DNA of 64,000 bases from an uncultured Erysipelotrichaceae bacterium (GTDB lineage Bacteria; Bacillota_I; Bacilli_A; Erysipelotrichales; Erysipelotrichaceae): assembly GCA_927435855.1 (NCBI GenBank), contig CAKMJZ010000001.1:9297-73296 (forward strand), in the 5' to 3' direction. Below, piece by piece: positions 37,156 through 46,221 of this stretch. The notes below the pieces were generated by a model, which worked only from the letters and a program-made list of their open reading frames with translations, did not search any database and had not been told where the DNA came from. The first letter of the stretch is position 1. Each line of letters opens with the position of its first letter. A program made the position numbers and the translations under genes.

Positions 37156-37980
37156 TTATATCCATTCTAGTATTGTTTGATACAGTTGCTCTGTCTCATC
37201 ACTTTCAATCTGATCGAATTCATGCTTATTTGACCATGATGTGTAAAGCACAGAATTACCGTATTTTTTTTTAATTTCTAACGAATTCTGATAACTAACA
37301 TCTTTGTCATAAAAGCTTGCTGCAAGAAAAGTGTCAGGAAATTCTATTCCCTCAACATATATATCCGTGTCTAACTTACTGTTATGAATCCCCAACAACT
37401 TTAACCAATTACCCGTTTGCCTTGCATATATGTACAACAGATATCGTTTTAGAAGACTGGTATTGAGAACAGGTTGTTTCTCTATGGAGGACTTCACATC
37501 ATCCCATGACAAATGCGGATATGTAGCGTAGTGTTCACTGGGCAGAATAAACTCTGAAACATTCAGATATTCATACCCGTAGAAAATAATCAGTTTCACA
37601 GGCTTTTTTTGTTGTAGCATGGCCATTCGCTTTGTAAGGAATAAAGCCAAAAAACCTCCAGCAGATCGTCCAAAGAGAATATAGTCATCCGATATACTCA
37701 TTTTTTCATGATTGTTTAAATACCAAATCAATTGATGCTCAACAAAATCACATATCTGAGATAGTGACAATTCCGGAGCTTTAGGATACTCCATGCAGAT
37801 TAAATCATACCCTGCGTTTGTTAGTTTTTTGATGGCATAAATCGGAAGGTCATCTTTAGATCCAAAGATGAACCCTCCGCCATGATAATATACGATCGTT
37901 TTATTTGCACGATTGCCCATCGCCCGGTGCAAGGAGACTTGATGATGAAATCCGCCTATTTCAAGATCGATCGTGTCCAT
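37156..37980 (-). CDS. Alpha/beta hydrolase (esterase/lipase, Abhydrolase_3 type)
   Basis: HGGGF oxyanion motif and GRSAGG nucleophile elbow. Confidence 0.8.
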   Translation of the reverse strand: MDTIDLEIGGFHHQVSLHRAMGNRANKTIVYYHGGGFIFGSKDDLPIYAIKKLTNAGYDLICMEYPKAPELSLSQICDFVEHQLIWYLNNHEKMSISDDYILFGRSAGGFLALFLTKRMAMLQQKKPVKLIIFYGYEYLNVSEFILPSEHYATYPHLSWDDVKSSIEKQPVLNTSLLKRYLLYIYARQTGNWLKLLGIHNSKLDTDIYVEGIEFPDTFLAASFYDKDVSYQNSLEIKKKYGNSVLYTSWSNKHEFDQIESDETEQLYQTILEWI

Positions 37981-37988
37981 AAGTTAGT

Positions 37989-39146
37989 TTACTCGAAAAC
38001 TACACCCGCACGAACTAAAAGTGCAGGTTGGCTTTGGTAAGCAATAACCTCATTGAAAGTTAAAGCTTCAAGAACGGTTATATCAGCTTTCCCTCCGATT
38101 TTTATTCCATAATCCTTAATCGAAAGAACCTTCGCTCCTTCGTTGGTAATCATCTTGAAAACCTGATCAACTTCTTCTTGTAAGAAGAAACGTTGTAAAT
38201 AACTCAATAAAAGGGCCACTTGCTTAACATCACCACTTCCCAACGGATTGAAGAAGTCGCGCATATTATCGCTTGCTAGTCCTACAGGTAATCCTGTCTT
38301 CAACAATCTCTTTACCGGTGCAATGTTGCGTGTGGATATAGCCGTAGGAGCGACAGTCACTCGAAGTTGAGCAACTTCAATATAGTTTATCGCTTCATCT
38401 AATTCTTCAGGTGACAAAGCGCTTAATGTACAAAGATGAATACCATTAACTTTGCCCTGTAGATTCTTCTCAACGATCTTTTTTGACAAATACGGAAGCA
38501 GATAATGTTCACGATTTCCGGATTCATCCAAATGGAAATCAGCTTCAACACTGTATTTCTGGGCTAAGTCCAAGATAAAGTCAATGTGCTTTTCTCCCTC
38601 GCCCTTAGCAATCGTATGTCCACCCACTAAATCAGCACCCATCTTCAAAGCTTCTTCAAGCAAGACTTCCGTTTGTCCATCCCAGAAAACACCTTCCTGA
38701 GCAAACGCTGCTACCTGAAGATGAATTTCATTCTCATACTTTTTCTTCAATTTCAATAAAGCTTCAACACCTTTTAAACCGACACTGCCATCAACATCCA
38801 CGTTGGTACGCCAATGCAATGTTCCAGCTTTGATCGCTCTTTTAATCATTTTCTCAGCACGGACAGTTATATCATCAACCGTGAAGTTCTTCTTCATTTC
38901 ATAAGTAAGAGCACCTTTTTGAGGACCTGTGCCCTCTTGATAAGGCTGTTGCTCATTCAATAAACACTTATCCAAATGTGTATGACAATCTACAAAGCCA
39001 GGAATCGTGACGCGTTTTTTTGCATCAAAAACGACAGTAGCATCTCCATATATTTGATTATCGATATCGACAACGACACCATCTTTGATAGCAATATCGA
39101 CAAGAGCACCGTTAACATTTGCTTTACGGATTAGTACATCCAACAT
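37989..39146 (-). CDS. Cytosine-deaminase/AtzC-like metal-dependent amidohydrolase
   Basis: FVDCHTHLD (HxH), GGH, and a late ASDN metal ligand. 385 aa. Confidence 0.75.
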   Translation of the reverse strand: MLDVLIRKANVNGALVDIAIKDGVVVDIDNQIYGDATVVFDAKKRVTIPGFVDCHTHLDKCLLNEQQPYQEGTGPQKGALTYEMKKNFTVDDITVRAEKMIKRAIKAGTLHWRTNVDVDGSVGLKGVEALLKLKKKYENEIHLQVAAFAQEGVFWDGQTEVLLEEALKMGADLVGGHTIAKGEGEKHIDFILDLAQKYSVEADFHLDESGNREHYLLPYLSKKIVEKNLQGKVNGIHLCTLSALSPEELDEAINYIEVAQLRVTVAPTAISTRNIAPVKRLLKTGLPVGLASDNMRDFFNPLGSGDVKQVALLLSYLQRFFLQEEVDQVFKMITNEGAKVLSIKDYGIKIGGKADITVLEALTFNEVIAYQSQPALLVRAGVVFE

Positions 39147-39147
39147 A

Positions 39148-40245
39148 TTAATCAGCCTTAACGATTGCGGCTACAAGATTTGCGCCTAAAGGGCCTTGAT
39201 GTTCAAATCCGGCAGAAGCCAAAATCATCGTATCACCAATCATAGAGCCAACGATTGCATTCACCACAGCTTTCGCAATGATTCCTTGATATCCGGCTAA
39301 AAAATCAGATCTCATCGTTGTACGACGACCGCGAATGGATCCCATAGCGTCTGCTCCGGCGTTGATAAATACGGTCGCAACGCGATCACGTTGATCTTGT
39401 GGGATCACTTCATCAAATAGAAGACCTGCGGATTTAAAGGCAGCTTTCGCACCATCGACATCCAATGTATCCTTCATGACACCTGAACCGATTTTATACT
39501 TACTGACTGAAGTTTTTGAGTTGCCCATAACAATAATCTTGCTTGCAATTTGTTCATTACCTGCTGAAGTCGACGCTACTTTCGAATACAGATTCCAATT
39601 GGAGCAAATCGCTTCATCAGTTACATCTTCATCTCTAATTTCACCTAATGCAAGAGCTACACCAAGAGCAGAAGCACCCTTAGACTTAGCACCTGCATCC
39701 GCAAAATTGGTTGAGACAACTTTCTTACCACGGCTTTGAGCATCTGCGACACGTGCTGCCGTTAAGTTTGGACACTTAACTTCAACACAATGGACATCAG
39801 CGATATCTTCAATACCGGCTTCTGCCATCGCTTTTCTAACTGCATCCGCAACCAATAGTACGTGCGTGCGTGTACCGTACTCTTCTGGCAACAATACGCG
39901 TGTCAATTGAATCCCTAATGACAGACGTTTTTCGGTAACTTCAACATCTTCCACTTCTCTTCGAGTAAATACGGTGTAGTGCGGGCTCATCAACCCACCG
40001 GTCAACCCGATCATCAACATTGGGATTTGGTCAGCGACTTCCTTACGCGAAACATTCAATTTTTCTGATAACATTAACTCAAAGCTTAAAGCACTGTAAC
40101 CGCGGGCATAACCATCCCCTTCGGTTTGGGCAATGATTGCACAAATCTCCTTTGGATCGACGGTGCCATCATCGATAAGCTTAGCTAACTGAGATACATC
40201 ATCCGGACCTGCCATCGGCAAGCGATATACATTAAAATCTTTCAT
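39148..40245 (-). CDS. Ring-opening amidohydrolase of the cyanuric acid hydrolase (AtzD/TrzD)/barbiturase family
   Basis: Collinear by eye with AtzD as I recall it (VYRLP...TEGDG..RGY...SPHYTVFTRR...VEVKCP...KGASALGVALA...EHQGP). 365 aa. Confidence 0.8.
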   Translation of the reverse strand: MKDFNVYRLPMAGPDDVSQLAKLIDDGTVDPKEICAIIAQTEGDGYARGYSALSFELMLSEKLNVSRKEVADQIPMLMIGLTGGLMSPHYTVFTRREVEDVEVTEKRLSLGIQLTRVLLPEEYGTRTHVLLVADAVRKAMAEAGIEDIADVHCVEVKCPNLTAARVADAQSRGKKVVSTNFADAGAKSKGASALGVALALGEIRDEDVTDEAICSNWNLYSKVASTSAGNEQIASKIIVMGNSKTSVSKYKIGSGVMKDTLDVDGAKAAFKSAGLLFDEVIPQDQRDRVATVFINAGADAMGSIRGRRTTMRSDFLAGYQGIIAKAVVNAIVGSMIGDTMILASAGFEHQGPLGANLVAAIVKAD

Positions 40246-40246
40246 G

Positions 40247-41656
40247 TTATTCCTCCATTTGTTTATATAGTGTCTTTATTGCTTCTTTAAACATTGGCAT
40301 AGGCGCGCGGGCAAGACCTGCACCAACCATGCCACCACCGGCTTTTTTACTTGCAATCGCCGTATTGATGACGGGTAGAGTTCCGGTTTCTACTACTTTG
40401 ATAATGTTAATCCCTAACGGTGATCCTCTGAAATTAAGATTTGGAATAGCGAACATCGCACTTTCACCTAAACAGATGTCATACATTTCATTGGTATAGT
40501 TAAGCGCATCGGAAACTGTGCCCGCTCCAAGGAGTTTAACGATAGCTGGTGCTGCGGCCATAGCGAATCCACCGACCCCACCGGTTTCCATGATAGCACT
40601 ATCCCCAATATCCGGATTAGCGTCTTCTACGGTATATCCCGGGAAATATAGTCCAGCAACTTCCGCGGCTGGCGCTATAAACCATTGCTCGTTCAGTCCA
40701 CTGACTCGAATTCCGATATTGACACCATTTCTTGCCATTGCCGTTACCATCGTTGAGTAAGGTATATTACTCGCTGCATCGGTAGATGCTTTCATCGCCG
40801 CCATCGCAAAGTTTAAGAAAAACTGATCGTTATTCGTTGTCAGAAATCTCGCTATTTCAGGTAACGTCTGAGCATCTGCACTTTCCGTTAGTGCGGCCAT
40901 GATTGTTTTTAGGAAAATCGACGTTGATGAGTTATTGCGCATATGCAACTCATCTCCCATATTCAATGCTTGTGATATCAGAACTTTTAAGTTTACAGGT
41001 CCTTTATCCACAATGTTTTTCATGGTTAAAGCGAGAACATTTTCAATCCACTTCAACCGACGAACGGTATTCTCTCCATATGCCCCAAAACGAGCCACAT
41101 CCCCGGCACCCTCATTAAATGTCGAATATGCCATATTTCCTTCTTCCGTATTCTTTACACAAAGCAAAGGCATAGAATAGGAAATCACGCCCGTCATCGG
41201 TCCGACACATCCGTAATGATGACAAGGTTCAAAGCGAATGCGCGTCAATGCTAATTGATGAGCTTGCTCATCATTATCAGCCAATCCTTCATACATAAGT
41301 GCCGCATACACAGCTCCTTGCATCGGAACACACATATCCTTAAATTCAATGGGCGGACCAGCATGCAAAAGCGTATACCGATCTAAATTTATCGCTTCAT
41401 GTGCCGGTTTGACATCAATCCAAACAGGCGCAGAAGCATTCAGCTTATTAAACGCCTTCTGATTTGCTTCGACTACACGAGGATCACTTGCCAGTGCATC
41501 AACGATTTTAACTAATTCCGGATCTCCTTGGGCACGCGGTTTCCACTCAACATGACCGGATTCGACGTTTTGTTGTTGCAATGTCAGATAAAACTGCTCA
41601 AGTCCGACATTGAGAACATTTAACTTTGATCCGAATAGATTATTAACTGAGCTCAA
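40247..41656 (-). CDS. DUF1116 (YlbE/AllG-like) protein, copy 1
   Basis: 469 aa. Paralog of the 44797-46209 protein. Shares HAGPP, GPMTG, FNEG.G, LKW, NDQFFLN, GDSAI(M/I)ET.G.GGFAM motifs. Confidence 0.8.
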   Translation of the reverse strand: MSSVNNLFGSKLNVLNVGLEQFYLTLQQQNVESGHVEWKPRAQGDPELVKIVDALASDPRVVEANQKAFNKLNASAPVWIDVKPAHEAINLDRYTLLHAGPPIEFKDMCVPMQGAVYAALMYEGLADNDEQAHQLALTRIRFEPCHHYGCVGPMTGVISYSMPLLCVKNTEEGNMAYSTFNEGAGDVARFGAYGENTVRRLKWIENVLALTMKNIVDKGPVNLKVLISQALNMGDELHMRNNSSTSIFLKTIMAALTESADAQTLPEIARFLTTNNDQFFLNFAMAAMKASTDAASNIPYSTMVTAMARNGVNIGIRVSGLNEQWFIAPAAEVAGLYFPGYTVEDANPDIGDSAIMETGGVGGFAMAAAPAIVKLLGAGTVSDALNYTNEMYDICLGESAMFAIPNLNFRGSPLGINIIKVVETGTLPVINTAIASKKAGGGMVGAGLARAPMPMFKEAIKTLYKQMEE

Positions 41657-41678
41657 AATAACACCTACTTTCTCAATA

Positions 41679-43142
41679 TCATTCGACAGGACGGATAAAT
41701 CTGTTCATGCCGATATCCTTCTTAATCTCTCTTAAATACATCTTTCTGTAATAGGGATACTGTTGTTCAAGACGCACAAACGCTTCTTTGGTCGTTGCTG
41801 AGAGTTTATTTGAAATCTCGATAGCTTCTTTTATAAGGGCTTGTTCATCAATCAACAATGATTTACCGTCTTTAACGACAGTCTCACCATCTACCATAAC
41901 ACGAACGATGTTTTGTCCGGTTTCCATATACACCAATTGCGTCATGATATCGCAAACAGGTTGCCACAGAATATTCATCGTGTCGATAAATACCAAGTCA
42001 GCCGCATATCCAACTTCTATCTTACCTATGTCATCACGCATCATCACTCTTGCGCCATTATCATAGCACATCTGTAAGGATTGCTTAGCCGACAGCCAGT
42101 GATCATAATCTGGCTGCGCCAAATTGTGCAAGTCAGCAGTCAAACGTATTTTCTCTAGCAAATTCAGATTTCCGGAATTTCCTCCATCAGTGCCAATAGC
42201 AACTTTATTACCATCTTTTACCAATTGATCGACCGGAGCTACGCCACTACCTAAATGCAAGGATGAACTTGGGCAGTGTACGATATTGACCTGATTCTTG
42301 CGAACCAATTCTTTTTCGATATCAGTAACCCAAATATAATGCACAAAGCTTGTTTTTTTGTTTAACAATCCTAACTCATCAATATACTCAATCAAACCTT
42401 TACCATAGCGGTTATAGGATGCAATAGCCTGAGTTTTCGTTTCCAAAATGTGCGTATGCCAACCGCAGTCATGTTCTTTAACAAAATCAGCTGTTTTATA
42501 CATAAGCTCATCACTGCAACGTTGAGGTCCATCAACTCCGACTACGAAATTCACTTTACTTTTTCCGTTGTACTTATCCATTGCACTTTTCATCAGTTCA
42601 AAATACTCTTCATGGCTCATGGATGATGGTAAACTGTGAAACTCTGAGGGTAACTCATTTTTTTCAAAGGGAATTGTATCTGTAAATGGTAAATCTGAAT
42701 ACTGTGGGGCGATATTCGCCTTGATCCCGCAATCCGTATACGCTAGCGCTGCCGATTCCATACCTTCCAACGTCGCTTTGGGTCTCATCATGAAATGATC
42801 GAAGGTTGAAGTTACTCCAAATTTTAGGAGTTGTAATCCCTCTAATTGAGTTGAAACATAAATTTCCCTTGGATTTCTTACTGTATTCCCCGCAAAGGCA
42901 TGTAACATATAAATGTCCAATGGCACATTATCGATAGTTCCCTTTAGAAAACTAGTATATGAATGAGAATGAGCATTGATTAGTCCAGGGATGACAATCT
43001 GCCCACTTGCATCAAAAGTTTCATCGACAACAACGTAATCACTGTCAAGTTGAGCAATCTTTCCATCTTCTATCAGAATATTCCCCGTTTGCCAAGTATA
43101 ATCTTTAGTCAAATATGTAGCATTGGTTATGAGTTTTTTCAT
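41679..43142 (-). CDS. Amidohydrolase of the deaminase/chlorohydrolase subgroup (COG0402: guanine deaminase/AtzA-AtzB/SsnA-like)
   Basis: INAHSHSY (HxH), HTHILET, VHC, and GTDGG metal/catalytic motifs. 487 aa. Confidence 0.8.
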   Translation of the reverse strand: MKKLITNATYLTKDYTWQTGNILIEDGKIAQLDSDYVVVDETFDASGQIVIPGLINAHSHSYTSFLKGTIDNVPLDIYMLHAFAGNTVRNPREIYVSTQLEGLQLLKFGVTSTFDHFMMRPKATLEGMESAALAYTDCGIKANIAPQYSDLPFTDTIPFEKNELPSEFHSLPSSMSHEEYFELMKSAMDKYNGKSKVNFVVGVDGPQRCSDELMYKTADFVKEHDCGWHTHILETKTQAIASYNRYGKGLIEYIDELGLLNKKTSFVHYIWVTDIEKELVRKNQVNIVHCPSSSLHLGSGVAPVDQLVKDGNKVAIGTDGGNSGNLNLLEKIRLTADLHNLAQPDYDHWLSAKQSLQMCYDNGARVMMRDDIGKIEVGYAADLVFIDTMNILWQPVCDIMTQLVYMETGQNIVRVMVDGETVVKDGKSLLIDEQALIKEAIEISNKLSATTKEAFVRLEQQYPYYRKMYLREIKKDIGMNRFIRPVE

Positions 43143-43155
43143 AAACCCTCCTTTT

Positions 43156-44763
43156 CTACAACACTTGAGTTATAAACAGTATCGCTCCTACAATAACTGC
43201 TGCTGTAACTGTGATCGGTAAAACTTTCTTCAGTACGACACCTTCTTGGCCAAGAATTCCAGCCGTAGTCGTGCCTAAGATAACATTACCTGGACAGATG
43301 GTATTACCGATAGCTCCTCCAGCCGTTTGCGCACCAAGAATAGCCGCTACATTAAGCGATAGAATTCTGGCGGTAGTCAACTGAAATTCACCGAACAGAA
43401 TATTGGATGCCATGTTCGAACTGGTCATAAATGCTCCTAACATACCAACGACCGGTGCGAATATTGCATAGCTTTTTCCTAAAGTTGATGCAATTCCTTG
43501 AGCTAAAATCACTGTTTGACCTGTGCCACCCATAATTCTAGACATAAGTATAAAACCTAACACAGCCAGTGCTGATGGTAATGTCTTTTCAAATGAGCGC
43601 CTCAAAACAGCTTTACCGCCTTCTTTTTGAATCCATCCATGTTTCTTAAAGAAAACATAGCCAATATATGCGGATAGAAGCAAAAACATTCCGGCATGTG
43701 TCAGTGGTGAAAACGGTGAAAACGAAGATGATGCTGCATTGACATATCCATACCCAGTCATCGTTTCAGGAAAAGCAAATCCGAATTTGATCTGACCTAA
43801 AAATTGTTTTATCGGCTGAATTAGCAATACAAACAGCGTGACAAACGTCAGAACATAATAGGGTAGAAAGGCCTGATGCATAGACATGTTTTTAGGATAG
43901 TCTTGAACTGCACCATTATTTTGGCGATTCATAACCTTGCTATCTTCAATCCGCCAAGCCTTTCCATACATTTTAGTTCTTCCTATCAACAATATTGCGA
44001 CCAAAGACAAAACCGCAGGGATAAACGCGGCCAAAGTTTGGTTAACTTGGCTAAGCAAAAGTTGCCCTCCACCTTGTATCAAAGAAATAACGATGACAAC
44101 CGGTAATCCGCGAATAAGACCTTCCTTTTTACCGTAAATCCAACTAATCGCAATTCCCGTAATGAAGTTCCAAACCCAGATGAAACTCGCTGCCCACATT
44201 GCGGTTTGAAGCAAAAGTGCCGGATCAGCCGCCAAATTTGTTTGAAGTACAAGTGCATCCCACGCGACTGCCAATGTTCCAAATGTGTTAGCCCAAGCAT
44301 GTCCGATTAATGGAATCAAAACTGCCCAAATAGGTGTGACACCAATACCGACCAATAGCGGAGCACCAACAGCGACCGGAACACCGAAACCCGTGATACC
44401 TTGTAAGAAACTCATAAATACCCAACCTAAAGCAATGACTTGTACCAACTCATTAGGTGTATATTTTTGTAAACCATTTCTAAACACTACAAAAGCCTTG
44501 GCTTCGTTAACAACTTCAAAAAGTAGTATCGCCGGCCACACTACGATAAGGACGACAATAGTACTCCAAACGCCTTTTAAACTTTCAATTAGAACCAAAA
44601 ATAGGTCTGCTTTATAAAAGAAAAGTCCTGTAACCAAAGCAATGGCAAATCCGATCGGTGCAGCTTTTGTTGCGCCCCATTGGGAGCCAACCATTAAGAC
44701 TAGTAAAACTATGATGGGTAATGCGGCTAAAAGCCACATCCCAATATTCAACGGAATATTCAT
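43156..44763 (-). CDS. LctP-family (L-lactate/glycolate-type) carboxylate permease
   Basis: 535 aa with about 12+ TM helices. The N-terminus (LAALPIIVLLVLMV...W.ATKAAPIG) is typical of LctP. Confidence 0.8.
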   Translation of the reverse strand: MNIPLNIGMWLLAALPIIVLLVLMVGSQWGATKAAPIGFAIALVTGLFFYKADLFLVLIESLKGVWSTIVVLIVVWPAILLFEVVNEAKAFVVFRNGLQKYTPNELVQVIALGWVFMSFLQGITGFGVPVAVGAPLLVGIGVTPIWAVLIPLIGHAWANTFGTLAVAWDALVLQTNLAADPALLLQTAMWAASFIWVWNFITGIAISWIYGKKEGLIRGLPVVIVISLIQGGGQLLLSQVNQTLAAFIPAVLSLVAILLIGRTKMYGKAWRIEDSKVMNRQNNGAVQDYPKNMSMHQAFLPYYVLTFVTLFVLLIQPIKQFLGQIKFGFAFPETMTGYGYVNAASSSFSPFSPLTHAGMFLLLSAYIGYVFFKKHGWIQKEGGKAVLRRSFEKTLPSALAVLGFILMSRIMGGTGQTVILAQGIASTLGKSYAIFAPVVGMLGAFMTSSNMASNILFGEFQLTTARILSLNVAAILGAQTAGGAIGNTICPGNVILGTTTAGILGQEGVVLKKVLPITVTAAVIVGAILFITQVL

Positions 44764-44796
44764 TTCCCTTATCCTCTCTCCATATATTCTAGACTA

Positions 44797-46209
44797 TTAA
44801 TCGTATTTTTCGCCAAAGGCTTCCAAAGCCTTAACGAAACAGTCCATTGGCGGATTTACGATTCCAGCCCCCACTTGGCCGATACCCGGCTTTTTGTGCG
44901 CCATGCCGGTATTGATGACAGGCAAACTGCCTGTTTCAACTACTTTGCGAATATCGATGGCCGTCGCTGTACCAACGAAATTCATGGTCGGAATGACGAA
45001 ATGCGGACTCAATCCGACACATATATCTTGCATTTCCTTCGAGTAAGCAATAGCTTCATCGACTGAACTTGCACCTACAAAGCGAACGACTGCCGGAGCA
45101 GATCCCATCGCGAAACCACCGATTCCGAAAGTCTCAATAATGGTGCTGTCACCGATATCGGGATTAGCATCTTCTGCGGAATAACCCGGGAAATATAACC
45201 CTTTGGGTTGATTGACCGGAGCTTCAAACCATTGCTCTCCTAATGCGCTAATCTTAATACCAAAGTTGGTACCGTTACGACTCAATGTCGTAACTACCGT
45301 ACTATTCGGCACGTTTTTTACCGGATCACAAATGGCTTTACCAGTTGCCATCGCAATATTAAGGAAGAATTGGTCGTTTCCAGTCACAAACTCGGTGATC
45401 TTGAACAATTCTTCTTTGTTATCAACTACTTGAACCAAGTACTTCATAATTTCCCGGACAAACAACGAACTTGCTCCGGTATTGCGTTGGTGCATTTCAT
45501 CACCCATAGCTAATGCTTTAGCAACGATAACTTTTAACGATATTGGACCGGATAATGCTAGCGCCTTCTTCATGGCTGGTCCCAATGATGTTTCCAACCA
45601 CTTCAATCGTTCAATGACATCAGGACCATTTGCACCAAAGCGCATAACTTTCCCCAATCCTTCGTTGAATGGGCAATACGCTTTATTTCCGTAGGAAGTG
45701 TTTGTCACTTCCCAAAGCGGCATCGAATAGGTAACCATACCGGTCATTGGACCAACAGCACCCATGCTATGATTGGGTCTAAATTTAATTTTACCGGCTT
45801 TGACAATTTCTTCAGATTCTTCTAGGCTGCTAGATAGACCTTCGTACATTATGGCCCCAAGGATTGCGCCTTGTAATGGACCACACATGTCTTCCCAAGC
45901 CAGAGGCGGACCAGCATGACCAATGGTATACTTATCCATTCCATCAATTACTTCATAGGCATATTTGACATCCGTTAATACCGGTTCAGCGTTATTCATA
46001 ATATCGAACGCTTTTTTGTTAGCCTCTTCGATTTCCGGAGTATTTAACTTCGCTAACAAAGCGGCAAGTTTCGGATTTCCTCCGGCAATCGGACGCCATT
46101 CGACATGCACAGCGGATACATTTTGTTCAACAACTGTTTGATAGAAAGTTTCCAGTCCGACATTGGTTACTTTAATCGAATGATTAAACAGTTCATTTAC
46201 TTTTGACAT
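44797..46209 (-). CDS. DUF1116 (YlbE/AllG-like) protein, copy 2
   Basis: 470 aa. Sits immediately downstream of the FdrA-like gene, as ylbE does in E. coli. Confidence 0.8.
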   Translation of the reverse strand: MSKVNELFNHSIKVTNVGLETFYQTVVEQNVSAVHVEWRPIAGGNPKLAALLAKLNTPEIEEANKKAFDIMNNAEPVLTDVKYAYEVIDGMDKYTIGHAGPPLAWEDMCGPLQGAILGAIMYEGLSSSLEESEEIVKAGKIKFRPNHSMGAVGPMTGMVTYSMPLWEVTNTSYGNKAYCPFNEGLGKVMRFGANGPDVIERLKWLETSLGPAMKKALALSGPISLKVIVAKALAMGDEMHQRNTGASSLFVREIMKYLVQVVDNKEELFKITEFVTGNDQFFLNIAMATGKAICDPVKNVPNSTVVTTLSRNGTNFGIKISALGEQWFEAPVNQPKGLYFPGYSAEDANPDIGDSTIIETFGIGGFAMGSAPAVVRFVGASSVDEAIAYSKEMQDICVGLSPHFVIPTMNFVGTATAIDIRKVVETGSLPVINTGMAHKKPGIGQVGAGIVNPPMDCFVKALEAFGEKYD

Positions 46210-46221
46210 GACCGTTTCCTC

